NCBI GenBank assembly: GCA_000165425.1 | Contig: CT867997.1 | Location: forward strand, 124,001 to 188,000 | Length of the DNA stretch: 64,000 bases | Source of the DNA: Paramecium tetraurelia | Lineage: Eukaryota | Direction of reading: 5' to 3' | Part shown: positions 40,849 through 55,161 of the stretch, one piece after another | Layout of the letters: each line of letters opens with the position of its first letter | Position numbering within the stretch: the first letter of the stretch is position 1 | The notes under the pieces: generated by a model | What the model saw: only the letters and a program-made list of their open reading frames with translations | Database searches by the model: none | Told to the model about the DNA's origin: nothing | Position numbers and translations under genes: made by a program

Positions 40849-42307
40849 TCATTTTTATTTTTTACTTATCTCACTTTTTTAGCTTATTGGCCTATTACTG
40901 GCTTAACTTTAGTTGATTTTAGATTCAGATTTGGATTTCTCCAATAAATCTTTCAATTATTATCTTTCCTTTGCTAATTTCACAATATCTTCCTTATGCT
41001 CACTGATTTCCTTTGACTTTTCTTTCAATTGCTCTTAAAGCTTGATCTTTTCTTATTTCAAATAATCCTAAAATTATTTCTCCTTTTAAAGACTTTATTA
41101 GATATCTTCTTAGGTAATTAATAAATCTATTAAATTAATTAAACATTAGATTACCCGTTAATTTTTTTTCCATGTTTTATATTTCTTTATTCTATCTTTA
41201 AACAATGATTTATAATTTCTGATTTTCTTAGGTTAACTTTTTTACTTATTCTTAAGTTGGTTTATCTTGTTCTCTGTCTAATTGCGCCTTTGCTTCATAT
41301 TCTTCTCTTAGTTTATCTTATAATTATTTAATATCCTAAGCAAATTCTAATCTAATTTCTTAAGCTATGTTTTATTTTTCGAACTCAAGTTTTTTTACTT
41401 AATCCTCAAGATCTCTGAATTTCTTGTCTTTATCAAAATCGGCATTATTGAAAGATTAGGTCTTCTATATTTTATCATTTGAATTATTCTTATTAATACT
41501 ATTAATACTGGTGGTTGGTTTATTGTTAGGGGTAATACTAATGGGATTTTGTTTTTTCAACTTCTCTATTGCGTTTTTAGCTTCTTTTAATTCTGATTAT
41601 AATTTACTTACTTATTCATTCAAAATATAATTAGTTTGATCTTATTTTTTATCTGAGGAATTGTATTATTTGGATGAACTGGCTTAAGAATTAAGTCGTT
41701 ATGATGGATTATCAAATTAGATAATTTATTGCAGTTATTAATTATCTTTTAATATATTGTTTAATTTAGCTTAGAGATCTTGATTCTTTTATTTTATTTC
41801 TTGATTTTCGTTTTTTAAGACCAAAATTTCTTAGCTTCGTTTAGAGGCTAAAACTCCCAATGCTGTATCAGAAGTCAATTTGGTTTCATTTTTTGGTATT
41901 TTCTATTTCAAATCTTCAATTTCTTATGATTGTCCTTAAATCACTTATTTTAGATTCATATTTTCTTCTTTGAGTAAATCAAGCTTATTTATATCGGTTT
42001 CTATTTTTTTTATTGTTTTAACCAACTTCTGGTTTTCATCTATCAATTTTTGAATTTATTAGTCTTTTTAATTTTGAATTTAAGCAGAGGCACTCTATTG
42101 ATTTTTGAATTTTTGTTTTTCTTTATTCATTTCATTGTTCTAATCATTTATTTGATCAGTTAATTTTTTATTTGTTTATTCAAGATGTCTTATGGTATTT
42201 TCTAAATCAGTAATTTTTTGGGTTTATAACTTTTAATTAGCAGAAGCTTTCGAAAGATCAGAGACTTCTTGAGATGTTTTGCATGGGCTCTGATTAACAT
42301 TATTCAT
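40849..42307 (-). CDS. Coiled-coil protein, uncharacterised
   Basis: Long Q/E/K heptad ORF MNNVNQSPCK...ISKKQK*. Confidence 0.82.
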
Positions 42308-42399
42308 CCTTAATTATATTGAAATAAAAATTTAATAAATTATTCACAACAGTTAATGAATTATCTATTTTAATTTCTGGTTTTCTTCTATGATTTAAT

Positions 42400-43570
42400 T
42401 GATTTAAGGATCAATTACATTCTGAGGCTGTTAGGTTGTGAAATTAAAAGATAGTTTAACCTTATCTATCCTCTTCTTGCAAATCATCAATTGATTAGAT
42501 GGATACTTTGTTTTTTTTTTAATGGTTTAGTCTATATCAAACGTTTTGATTTGATAAGGGTTTACTCTTCGCATTATTAATATTCTAAAGTATTTTGATA
42601 ATATATAGTTTTTGGGCTTGAAGTGTCAATACTTTTCTAGAAAGCAAAGTTTAATTGCCATCAACTTGCCAAATGAATATTTGACCATCTTCGGAATTAC
42701 TAGTAATAAAATTGAGACCATGCTCAAAAATAGTCTAAAATTTTTAATTTCACTTAAGTGACTTATAAGCAGCTTTCTTTTGTTTATTTATGTTGTAGGC
42801 TGAATCTTATAATTAATTTAGAATTGATTATATTTTATTCAACAAATGTTCTTATTCACACATCCAACATAAGTATAATCCAGATTAATATCTAATGATA
42901 ATGACTCTGATTCTAATTAAGTTTAAAATATTCTATCGATGTCGATGATGTATACATTTGAGTAGTAGTAATATCAAAGATCATCGATTCTTTATCTTGA
43001 GAAATAGTAGCAAAAACATTTTAAGTGCAAAATCATTAATTTTAGAATTATTTCCGCTAAAGACTTTAAAGGGTTTAGTTTTCAAAAGCACAATATCATC
43101 CAAAAGAAATAAATTAAAATCTAATTTTGATTTTATTGCTATTTTACTATTCTATTAGTCGTTTAACCAGTAGATATTATTAATAATTTTAAAGTTTAGT
43201 GATTTCTTTAGATACAATATCAAGGGTAGAGTTCAATTCTTAAATTTATGTTTATATCCTAAAATCTTCATTTGTATTCAAAGGAAAAAACAATAGAAGA
43301 TTTTCCTAATATAAGTTATTTAAATAATTCAAGTCCTTAGTAATGGAAACATGATAAAAACATTTTTTGATGAGAAAATCAGAATGCTTTGATTAGAGAA
43401 ACATGTTGTTTTGATGTCTGATTCTATGGCTAATAAAATAGAGCTAGTTTTAGGATTGGTTAGTAATTTAGCATACGCAATTTGAACAGCTATCAAATTA
43501 GTTAATGCATTGATTGCCATAGAATAATATTGTTTATATATATTTATATGATTTAATGCTAAATCTACAT
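42400..43570 (-). pseudogene. Decayed WD40-repeat gene
   Basis: GLNFITSNSEDGQIFIWQVD WD40 motif; several in-frame TGAs around 43230-43330. Confidence 0.55.
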
Positions 43571-43573
43571 TTA

Positions 43574-44944
43574 TCATTATTATTATTTTTACAACATTTG
43601 TGGTGGAATGTTACCCATCATACCTTAAGGTTGTTGAGCGAAAGCTGTCTTTCCTAATAAATTGACAACTCCTGTTTCAATAGATTTCAATAATTCCATC
43701 ATATCTGGGTCTTGGAATAATTCTAAGATTATAATTTAATAATACATGGGTTTTCTAAATTAGAAATATAGTCTTCTTCCTCATAGCTATGTTCTTCAAA
43801 TATCATGTCTCCCATAACCAAATTCAAGACCATAGGCACCAATTGTCCAGATTCGTATGTAGTTGGTAATTTGTCAATCATATTTTTCAAGAAGTCTTGT
43901 TTCTCATTTAATAATTTGATTTAATATCTAATGATTTCTTTGGTAGCATTCATCTAAACCTATTTTTGTTTTGGCAACTTGTCCTTAATTCTTTATCTGG
44001 CTGAAGCCTGTAACATGAATACATGTTGGCCCAATCCTCTTTCCATCAATAACATTTCACTTTATTCCAAGGTCTATTGGGAGATATCAATCTTTTTGCA
44101 GATTTCTTCTTGAGCCTTCATTAAAAGATTTTCAATATCATTCACATAGTCCAACAATAACTAAACATATTTGGCTCCATCTTAATATAAAACTTCTCTT
44201 CTGGCTTTTCTGTTCTCAAGGGTAATTCTAATGAATTCTGGTTCTGCTAAATCTACGCTACCTTCAACGATTTGAGTGTAGGTTTTAATGCTTATCATAT
44301 TATTTGTGCTTGGAATGTGCATTATTTGAATTTAAGAAGCAATTTCATTGAGTTTATCACTCTTGAAAGTATAATTGGCTAAAATATTAACTCTTAATTC
44401 ATACATTTATCATTTCCTTCACTTTTTTGTTAAATTTCTTATGTCTTAACCTACTCTTAGGATTCCTTTGGTTTAAAGACTTCTAATTCTGCTAATTTTG
44501 AATCAAGCCATTCATTAGTTTCCTTGATTTTATCAGTTACTGATAAGTTGTTACCAACCCATGGTAAAACTATGCTATTCACCTACCCCTTAATAAGGGA
44601 AGGATTCAAGAGAATCTCCTCTTTGTCATTCTTGAATGCATATTATGTGAGTGATTTCAATACTACAGGCTCAAGCTTTTTGTCTTTCACCTTTTAGGCT
44701 AAATCTTTGGCATCATATTATCTTAAATTTTTGATGTTTATCAGAAACACTCTTTATAATGAGTCTTTAAGAGTGTAGAGTCTTTCGAATAGCTAATCAA
44801 AGTGTTTCATAAGGTTAGTCTCTGTTTGCTCTACAACTTCCCAGTTAACCCTAATGATTTATCTATCATCTACATCTTCTCATCTCCCAAAGAGGCTAAG
44901 ACTGTGTCGATATTAGCTGCCAATTCTTCGACTGTGATAGACAT
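43574..44944 (-). CDS. Uncharacterised, globular-looking alpha-helical protein
   Basis: MSITVEELAANID...VLNLVMGDMIFEEHSYEEEDY...; 3 tiny introns; relatively GC-rich codon usage. Confidence 0.85.
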
Positions 44945-45426
44945 TCAACCACAAATTAAATATTTAATTTATATTTCTTCTCCTATTTTTGCCTAAATAA
45001 TTTATTGTATCTTTAGAAACATACTAAAATTACTTAGTTATTACAGTCCCATATCGGGAGTCAAAACAATATTAATTTTATCATAACAACAATTTAACAA
45101 ATCATATATATCTAAATTCTATATCATTATTTTTAACACTTAATTATTGAGACATTAGGATTACTAATGGTATCATAATATTAATTAATAACAACGCCAA
45201 TCTAGAAGAAATTTAGTTTATTATTTTAAAAATTATAAATTGACCCATTAACTTAACTCATCTTGTTTAATAATGATATTTATAATGAAAAGAGAATATA
45301 AAGATATCGGTGTGCAGAATTAATTATTAATGAGGATCAGATGAGGTTACTGGTAAACTAATAATAATTTATTGTTATTTATATTAAAATATTAGAATTC
45401 AATAATACTTTATTTATTTAAAGATT

Positions 45427-46196
45427 ATGTCTAATTATAGTCTGATGTTTAAGTATATAATAATAGGAGATACAGGTTATATGATCCATTTATAATAGGA
45501 GTTGGAAAATCCTGTATTGTTTTACAATTGATAGAAAATTAAATTAGATAAGAACATGACGCAACAATAGGTGTGGAGTTTGGAGCCAAGATAATCAAAG
45601 TTAATAGCATGAATATCAAGCTTTAAATATGGGATACAGCAGGTCAAGAGAATTTTAGATCGATTATCAGAAGCTATTATAGATCTGCAATCGGTATACT
45701 TTAAGAATTATTATGAAGGAGCTCTACTTGTTTATGATATAACCAAAAGAGATTCCTTCCACAACTTATAGAGGTGGATGGAAGAAATCAAAAATAATGG
45801 AAATGCTAATATGGTGATTACATTATGTGGGAATAAAGTTGATTTAGAATCTGAGTAATAGTTTCTTATTTTATTTAGAGACGAGCAGTAACATATGAGG
45901 AAGGATGGTAGTTTGCATAATAACATTAATTGATATTTCTAGAAACATCAGCAAAATAAGGAATTAATGTGCAATCTGCATTTTATTAATCTACTTAAAG
46001 GATTTTAAATGAAATTGATGATGGTTCAATAGTTCTTGGATAAGATGTAACATTTGCCTATATATCATAGCCAGGAATCAAAATTGGTGGATAATATAAA
46101 AAAAAGGAGAAGGATCTAAAAGGTATCAACAATTATGAAGCAGCTGTTTAATTAAAGCCTGTTGAAACTCCAAATGTACAAAATAACTGTTGTTGA
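45427..46196 (+). CDS. Rab GTPase, Rab2-like
   Basis: FKYIIIGDTGVGKSC, TIGVEFG, IWDTAGQENFRSI, GNKVDL, ETSAK, C-terminal CC; 4 tiny introns. Confidence 0.95.
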
Positions 46197-47090
46197 TATT
46201 TATTTCTTAATTTATCTATATAATTTTATTCCACATTATAAAATATAAGTTATTGATAAAGGAATTTTCATAATCAACTTTTAATTAATCAATCTTCAAT
46301 TTACACACTTAGTTGCAATTCAAACTTTTGCAACTATTTTTCTTTATTAATAAATAACCAAAAACTAGACTTTCAATTCTGATTTCATTAAAATTTCTGT
46401 ATTTATATGGTTTAATATATCTCAAAAGTGATTAATACGATAATTGAAGATATACTAAATTTTCCTTTAACAACTGAATTTTGGATTCAATTTAAAATAA
46501 TTTATGTACATGTTAAATTATGATAAGAAATAGCAGTCAGATTAAACTTTATGAAATAAAGATATTTTTAGCAAATCTGAGCTTGATAATAGCAATATCT
46601 TAAGATGATAGAAAATTTAATAAATAAATTCAAAAATCTTGAGATTAAAATATTAATAGCAAATAATTTTTGCATTCTAATAGTTTAATATCAAACGTAC
46701 AGTTACTTACATTTTTTATTTCAAAAATAAAATGAATTGTTATGGAGTTGTAAATTTAATGATAATTTTTATAATTCAAATCTAAATAAGAAATTTGATT
46801 ATTCTACTGAAGTACTTTGAGTTGTTAATAATAAATTTGAGGATAATCGAACAAACAATCAACAATAATTACTAAATTTATATATGATATAATAAATTAA
46901 AACTCTATCTAATCCAAATCACTCTTTGTAATTTTATATTTAGCTTAAATTAATATTCTTTTGAATAAAGTATAAATTTTTAGAGAATAATATTTTCTAT
47001 GTTGAAAATGTTAATTTTTTATGTTTAAACAGATTATAAATATAAATTAAAAAATTTAAATGATATTCACATAGATACATCTTAAAATAA

Positions 47091-49384
47091 TCAATCAAAT
47101 AATGATCCAGGCACATTTGCTCTTCTATTTATTTATTTTGTTCTCTATTCTGTAGCTTTTTGTTTTGGCATTTCTACTTATTTTTCAAAAAATTGTTAAA
47201 AATTAGTTTAATTGTTAGTTTGAAAGAATTCTTCTGCTCCTTAATAATCAAAAAAGGGATTATTTTATTAAAGATTTTACTATTAATTCTATTATGAGTT
47301 ATTATTCTCTTATTTGTGTGCCAATCTTGGATGAGCAAATTTAGTTTAATTTTCTTATTATTAAGGATTTTGTTTTCTTTTTGGTGGAGGAGGATGATAA
47401 GTATTTTCTTAAACTTCATTCTAGATAACATTTAAATCTTAATTTTATTCATCTATATGAAATTGATTATTCTTTTGCTTTTCATTTTTTTCTGCTTTCT
47501 ATTGTATTTCTTTATTTTAGATTTATTCTTACAATTGTTATTAAGATAAATTTAAATGTGTTTATGGATCTGTTAAAATTTTCTAATATTATTATTAATG
47601 TTATTCTTAGTGTTACTGAGATAAGTATTATGATTATTAATGTTACTATTACTATTATTATTAAAAGTAAACCTAATTATCTACTTATTATTGTTCATAT
47701 ACGATTTCTTCATCTTATTCATTATTTTTATTTAATTATTCATCTTCCTAATCAACTTAATATTACTAATCCTACTATTCAAACTATTGTTGTTCATCTT
47801 AAGCACCCTATTCATCTAATGCGTCTTACACATCTTAAACTTATATTTAATTATTTCCAGTCTTCAACTATGTAGAGCCAGAATCAGCATTTACAATTTA
47901 ACCCTACAAATTTACTTCATCTTCATTAGCCCAATATTGTTAATTTTACTATTGTACATGATGCTAATGTGTAACAGGAACTTCAGCAACTAAAGTTTAG
48001 ACAACTGGTTGTTAGTTATTAGATTAAATTTATATAGGTTATTATAATTACTAGACCCTTGGTAATTAAGGTGGTTATAATTTAGATAATAATCCTTATA
48101 AAATTGATATTTAGTCATCCATGTTGGATTGGGTTTATTATAAACGATATTTATGAATAAAATCCTTTCTTTATTGTGTGTTTGAATGCAATTTCTCAAT
48201 AAAATGTCTTTCATTTTATTTTTCAATTTATTAAATTTCTTAGAGCTTTTAAAATTATTTTTCTTTCACTCTAAATTTATTCCTTTAAGTTGATTAAGTT
48301 ATTTCATTGAATTTTAATTCTTAATTTTATAAAGATGTCCTCAATAGCTAATTTTCATTTTGTAGTTATTGAATCTAAGTTTAATAATTTACATTCTTTT
48401 ATTAAAATTCTTAAATCTTTTTAAAATGATCCTATTGAAATTAAGCTATTGAATGCTGAAGGTCATTATTTTATTTAATTAATTAAGAAATCTGATTTTC
48501 ATAATAATGATCTCTTTATTTTATCATTTATTGAAATAAAGCCACATCAACTGATACAGTTTATTATTACTGTAATTATATAGTGAATTTTGGTGTTTAT
48601 GTTTAATTACCTAAGTTTTCAATCTGCTCTTCTTATTTATTGAATATTTATTCACTCTAAAAATTAAATGTATCCTTTTAAAATTATTTTACTTACTATT
48701 GTTATTATTATTAATGCTAGTTCGATTGAATCAAGAAGTTTTATTGTTTTACTTATTAATCTTCGTTATTTTATTATATACTTTCTTTTTCATTTGATTA
48801 CTAATGAAAAATTCCTTTTTATTGTTCAGAAGAATGATGTTAAGAGGGTATTTATTATTAAATAAATTATTCTTGCTTTTATTCTTCGGAATTATGTACT
48901 TCTTATTTTATAATTTCTTGCTAAAATTCCTCGAGCTGTTAATCTTAGTGTTAATTTTCATAATTTTACTGTCTTTATTGTTCAATTTTTTATAGATTGT
49001 CTGAAGAATCTTAATTGCTTTCTTTAATAATATTATTTTAAGGTTAAAACGCTGTTTCTTCGACCTAATCATCGTTTTAAGAAAAGTTGCAATTTTAGTT
49101 TGAATTAGAATATTCTTTGTTCTGTTAATTTGATTCTCCTGATTCATCTGATCTCAATTATTCAGCTAATTAATTTAATTTTTCCTGATTTTACTTCAAA
49201 GAATCAAAATTAATTAAATCTTCTTCCTCCAAGTTTTCGTTTTCTTCTTATTAATAGTTATTTTATTGAGTTGCTTGTTGTTATGTAATTGGATGAGTAG
49301 CATTGCCATTTTTTTAGGATTCTATTTTTTATTATTTATGTATTACATCTTATTATTATTATTATTATTTTTATGGTTGTAATA

Positions 49385-49422
<38 letters not shown>

Positions 49423-50185
49423 GAGGATAAATCAACTGCGCCAGTTTAATTATTAGAGAGTTACGCAGGAGTTACTTATTTAGATTAAAAATGAGGAGGG
49501 ATTTACTATTTTGGAACTTATTTTTAAATTTAAGGATTCTCATCTTTAGCTTAATTTTGAAGATTATTTCCATACTCTTATTTATGTGGTTAAGGTTCTG
49601 CTTGCATTTAAATATTCTAATTTTCAGACCTTGTTTAATCTGATGTTTATTATTAATTAACAATTTGCTATGAAGTTTATTCATTTGATATATGTACAGG
49701 AGGTGGAATAACTTAACTTCTCGTTGTTGGGACACCAGCAGCAGGCGGTCTTGTTGGAGGCCCTCTTTATGAAACGTTTTTTTTGATATTAGCTTATGGT
49801 TGAGGAAGTCCTCTTTGTTCTTTCTACAAGAATGCTTAAACGCTATCCTCGCTCAACTTTGACATATCTAATGACATCAATTCTTTAGGTGTCATAATTT
49901 GTTCAACTAAAGCAGTTCTAATTAATTATCCTAAATTAGTATAGAAAAGGCACCTTTAGTTCCCTTCAAACGCATTTTAACAGTATTAACTCTAGTTCTA
50001 TAGTCTCTTGTATGATCGCCTCCGGAAAGCACATATGCTTCTTATTCAAGAGATGTTGCTAATTATTCTGCGATCTAGGAAGAAATTTAATCTTCTTCTA
50101 ATATTTTCTTGAATTCATTTTTCTGATTTTCACGTACCCTTCTGTCGTAATTAGTATTTTCTACAGGTTTGACTTCTGCGAACAT
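47091..50185 (-). CDS. Approximately 1000-aa protein: N-terminal TFIIS central (domain II)-like module plus Pro/Gln-rich and coiled-coil regions
   Basis: VRENQKNEFKKIL..LATSLEQEAY..RDYRTRVNTVKMRLKG..IRTALVEQIMTPKELMSLD; ends NVPGSLFD*. Confidence 0.8.
49386..49421 (-). repeat. Pure (TAA)12 poly-Gln microsatellite
   Basis: (TTA)12 on the plus strand inside the CDS; a shorter run lies at about 49350-49367. Confidence 0.9.
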
Positions 50186-50233
50186 ATTTAATGAACACGT
50201 ATATTTAATAAAATATCTTAAATTAAATTATTT

Positions 50234-51701
50234 ATGTTACCATTTTTTCCTGTTCCAGGATTACAAGACCTAGATATTCCTTAACCTACACAACAGGATT
50301 TCTATCCCAAAAGTTAAATTCAAGAACCTTAGGAAGCCAAGAAACTGTTTATAAAGAATCTTCCTCAAGAATTAACCAATGATAATGTAGAAAAACTTTT
50401 GAAAGTAAATTTAATATGAAAATTAGGAATGTGGTCAATTAGTATCATGGAAGAGATCAAAAGGTACTCCTTTTGGGTATGCTGAATTTGAAAATATGGA
50501 GAGTGTATTAAAATGTTTGCGCCTTCTTAATGGTATGATTCTGAACTAGAAGGAGTTGCTTGTTAAGGGTGGAGAGAAAGCTTAGATGATGATTGATGGT
50601 TGGATGTACAAGAAAGAGACCGAATGGGAAGAGAGAAGAGCTAAATTAGAGGAGAAGGATAAATAAAAGGAGGAACATAGAGCATTATTTAAATTTACAT
50701 CTTTTTAAGAGTACATTACTAGAGATGATGATAAAATAAAAAAGAAATTAGAAAAAATAATATCAGAATTAGAGGGCACTGTCACTAAAACTAAAAATGA
50801 TAAGAAAAGGGAAGAGGAAAAGAAAGAACATCCAAGGGAGAGAGAAAGAGATGCCAAGAAGAATAACACTAGGACGGAATTAGAAAGAAAATATAAAGAG
50901 AAAATGGCAGAATGGAAAAAGAAGGAAGATGAAAGAGAGAGAGAAAGAAAAAAGGAAAAAGAGAGAGAGATAGATCGAGAGAAAAATTTCTAAAAATATC
51001 TTGAAAAAGAATTAGCTTATGACAGTGAATAAGAACGTAAATAAATTGGTAAGATTAAGATGAACGAAAGAAAGAAATTCAGGTAAAGGGAATTTGAAGA
51101 AGATGAAATCTTTAAAAAGAAAGAATTATTAAAGACACAAAAACCTCCTGAACCTGAACCACCTTAAATGGTAGTTATTGTTTAAGAGCCACCTGAACCA
51201 GAACCCTTAGTAAACTTAATAGCAATTGTTATAGCAATAAGTAATAATTCAATATTATATTTGATTTAACACTAGCAATAGATGGAATAAGCAGAATAAA
51301 TGTAATAAGAGAAATTATAAAAGGAAATTGATTTGAAGGAGGAGCTTAAATAAATATTTGCGACCATCCCTACTGAAAAAGAAGAGCTTTTCAACACCTA
51401 AATTAATTGGTAGTTGTTTGCTTAGGTATTAATTATATATTTAGTCAATCCCAAGTCTAACTTATTGGAGAAAAAGATCCGTCCATGGTTAAGAGAGAGG
51501 TGTATTGAATATTTATCTTAAGAGGAGAGAGTATTTATTGATGCCATCATCAAAAGATTATTTAATCGTGAGAAGCCATAAACAATTATAAATAAAGTTG
51601 TAAAGAAGGTCTTGGACGACGATAGTGAGCAATTTGTTATAAGAATGTGGAAGATGATTATCTTTGAATTGAGAAAATTAGAAAGAGGTCTGATATCTTG
51701 A
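50234..51701 (+). CDS. RBM25: RBM25/Snu71-like splicing factor (RRM, E/R-rich region, PWI)
   Basis: RRM LFIKNLP..CGQLVSWKR..PFGYAEF; PWI IPTEKEELF..KIRPWL..VLDDDSEQFVIRMWKMIIFE. Confidence 0.93.
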
Positions 51702-51769
51702 TGATTTATTAAATAATTTAATAGTTTTATGACATTCTAATAATCTTAATTCTTCTTTATTAACTCAAT

Positions 51770-52230
51770 ATGAATGCTACACATACTGATGATGATTATA
51801 AGTTTTAAAATAAAAAACACACATTTATTAAATCATTTTAATGAGGATAGATACTCTAAAATTTAAAGTTAAGTGTTCTTGATCCTTTAATCAAAGAAAT
51901 TCAAATAATAAACTTTATATCCTAAACTCTCAAGATATTTTTTTTTAAATAGTGAAGTCTAATTTAAAGATTAATGTAAAAATAATTCTTATTCTGAACT
52001 CTATGAATTTAAGTGGAACTCCTTCTGTTGCATCCGTATCTAAATGCATAATGAATAGGACCACATATTTCTAAAATTAAGTTGTATTTAGGAAAATAAA
52101 AGTCAACTTCAAATTGATCAACTAAAGATATAAAAAAACATTACTGTATATATTGTTTTAGTAAACTAATTTTAAGTCGTCAAAAAGCTATTGAATACGT
52201 TTCTCCATACTTTTAGATGAATTCGATTTG
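51770..52230 (+). pseudogene. Decayed coding remnant
   Basis: Starts MNATHTDDDYK, then multiple TGAs within coding-like sequence. Confidence 0.35.
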
Positions 52231-53360
52231 TTGTTAATAAGTTTTTACAAGTAAATTTGCTTATTTGACTCAAAATTCTATTCCACATAAGTTTAGCAAG
52301 ACTTGCTTAATTTTGATTTAGATTGAATTAGATTGTAACTAATAAAACTTTTTCTGTAAGTATCTTAAATTTTAGGTTCAATTTTAAAATAGTGATTCCA
52401 AATAAAGTCATCATAAATGTTGCATCTTAGAATTTATTAATAAAAAGACACCAGATACTATTATTTAGTTTCTAAAAATTAGTCTTGAACTTTGAGAATA
52501 TTTTGAATTTTTGTAATTAGTTAGCCTTAAATGTCTGTCTAATTTAATATATTTGTAACACACAAAAACAAATTTACTTGAGAAATAAATTGATCATCTG
52601 ATTTAATTTCATAATTTTCACCTAACTTTCTTAGTAGGAAATCTTTTATCTTATTATTATAAAATCCTTCTTTTCCTATTGAATAATATATAGATTTCAA
52701 TTGATTTTCATTAAAACTTTCCAAAAGTTCTGAAATTCTTTTAATGAATAAAATTTATATATTTAAAAAGTGTTTAATACTATATAAACTAAGGTTTAGT
52801 GACGACAAATAATAAAATTAGGGACAAACATAATTTGGCTTGAGATGTTGAATAAAATATTGATAACTTTCACAAGCACTATATACCATTTTTTATTCAC
52901 CTATATTTAAAGAGCCAAATTTATTTTGAATTGAATATAAAAACTATACTAAATTGGTAGTATAGAATATATTAAATTACATAATAATATGATAATTGTT
53001 TAGTTAGGCTACATAACTATTTAAATATTCTCTGCTAATTAGATTACTATTTATTCCTTTTATTAATAATATAATTTAAGACCCAAGTAAATTATTGAAG
53101 GTATCATGTAATAAGCGATGGTTAAAAACATTTTTATACATCCATTACAAAGTTTAAAGATTGTTTTAATCAATATCAAATTTCTGCATCTCATTTAATT
53201 TCTATTTAATGTTAATTATTTTTTTTTCTTTAGAAAATGTTTAAATTTCTTCAAAAAATTAACAAAAATCCTTAATTTTATTCATTTCTTGGGTTTGAAC
53301 CTTATTTTATAATAGTTTAAAAGCGCTGCTTGAAAATCTGGATAAAAGTTTGTTTATCAT
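52230..53360 (-). pseudogene. Probably decaying gene for a mitochondrial-type helical protein
   Basis: Presequence-like MINKLLSRFSSSAF; internal LESFNENQLKSIYYSIGK; frame continuity could not be established. Confidence 0.4.
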
Positions 53361-53513
53361 AATTAAAATTTATTATTAAAATTAATTCCTTAAACTTTTA
53401 ATTCATTCTAAATTACTATAATGCAAGAAGACTAGAAAAGGAATCTCCAAATCTAATTTTTAAATTAAATATATATGATTATTAAATATTATTAATATCA
53501 ACTAGTGAATATG

Positions 53514-55161
53514 TCAACAAAAGTCAACTGAATTTCTTCTAGTAAAAAATCTTCTAGAGATGCTTCTAAGAAATGGTGAGTTTATAGTTTATTTTTTCTT
53601 TTTTTATCTAATTTTCATTAAATAGTCATCTTTTTAAACATCTCTACTGGTTGTAAGAGGTTAATCTTCAATTCTAGTTCTGATTGATGAATCCCTCTGC
53701 ATACTTTGATATCTCTTTAATTATTTTGGAAAGTTTCGAATCATTTTTTAATATTGCTAATTCTCTAATATTTCATTGATTGACTCATTTATTCCCGGGT
53801 TTAGTATTTTGAAAGCCTCTTAAGTTCTAGTGCCTTACATGTTATTTTCAATAACTTAAGATGTGATAGGCTTAATCTTTTCTATCACTCTTATTAATAA
53901 ATATTCATTATTACTTTTATGTGTGAGGTATTAGTGTTTAAGAAATAACTAAGGATCTTTAAGTTTAAGGTTTATTATTTTCATTTAAATCTATATCATT
54001 GATTTGAATCTTCTCTGCTGTACTTAGCACTCTTCCAGTCTTGATTACCCATTGAGTTTCTTCTGCTTTTGACATTTTTAACCCAATAATATTGATAATA
54101 GATATATTTTTAGGGTGATCTTAGATAAGTTTTAGTAATACTGACAATAAAATGTACTTCCATCTCATTTATACATTATTTATGAAAACTTTATATATAA
54201 ACAGCTATTTTATGGCAAGTATATTTAAAATATTCTTTTAAACTTAAATTGTCTGAATACTCCTTTTCTTTATTCCATTACCTTTAACCTCTGAGTGATG
54301 GATCTGTTAAATAGGACTGCTCACACACAATATCACCAAATAACTAATTGTCCTTAACATATTTATATCTATGGATAAAATAATCTTTAGAGTTTCTTTT
54401 ATTAGTCTCAATACAATCTAATGCTAACTTTTCATTATAGAGATATAATTATAAATGGAGTAGATTGTCAAATATAACATTTGTTTTTGATAAAACTGCC
54501 AATTAATGTAATTCGAATTTCCCAATTAAAGTTGTTTCACCTGTCTGATATCTTGCCATTAAAATGCTTTATCCATTCAATAATTCAGAAATTTGCTAAG
54601 CTTCAAAATATAAATTACTTATTTTAATTTTGCCATTACCTAGGTACTATTTTCATAATAATCCGACAATTTAACAGTAGGATGAATGCCAGCCTTGATT
54701 TATTTTACTTGATACTCAACTTCAAACTCTATTTTTCTCTCGATTAAATATTTTTCCATTTCTGTATGAAAGAATGATTTGTTCTTGATACATCTGAAAC
54801 CATTATCATAAAATGCATAAAACACAAATTCTCTGTCTTTCAAAATAACAGTATCTATTATATTAATATTTATTGGCCTAACAACTTCATCCTGCTTTTA
54901 TAACATCTAGCAAATAGTTAAAAAGTCATCCTTAAATCCGCAAATAGACAATCTTCTATGTCTTGGTTATTTAATGATTTTTTGATATTTCTTTTATTCT
55001 TAAGGTTCTTCTTGTTCTGGTTATTTTTTAATGCAGACTTGACAGGTGCAAAGATCAGGGCATAGAGTAATTGCAAAAGGAATAACTTCCATTTTTTTCA
55101 AAGTTAAATCACGGAAAGAATCCCCACATTTAATTCCACTTAATTTTTATTAATATGACAT
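53514..55161 (-). CDS. Uncharacterised protein with CPDLCTCQVC motif
   Basis: Code-6 frames joined by about 4 tiny introns; ends RRNSVDFC*. Confidence 0.78.

Noticed and set aside
45040..45420. Possible snoRNA or tRNA in larger spacers (also 11730-12409, 46200-47090, 62490-63120)
   Set aside because: No paired C/D boxes with a terminal stem and no cloverleaf recognised; an Infernal or tRNAscan-SE run would settle it.
49350..49421. Telomeric or CRISPR-like repeat
   Set aside because: Coding TAA microsatellite; no C4A2/C3A3 arrays or repeat-spacer structure seen anywhere in the window.
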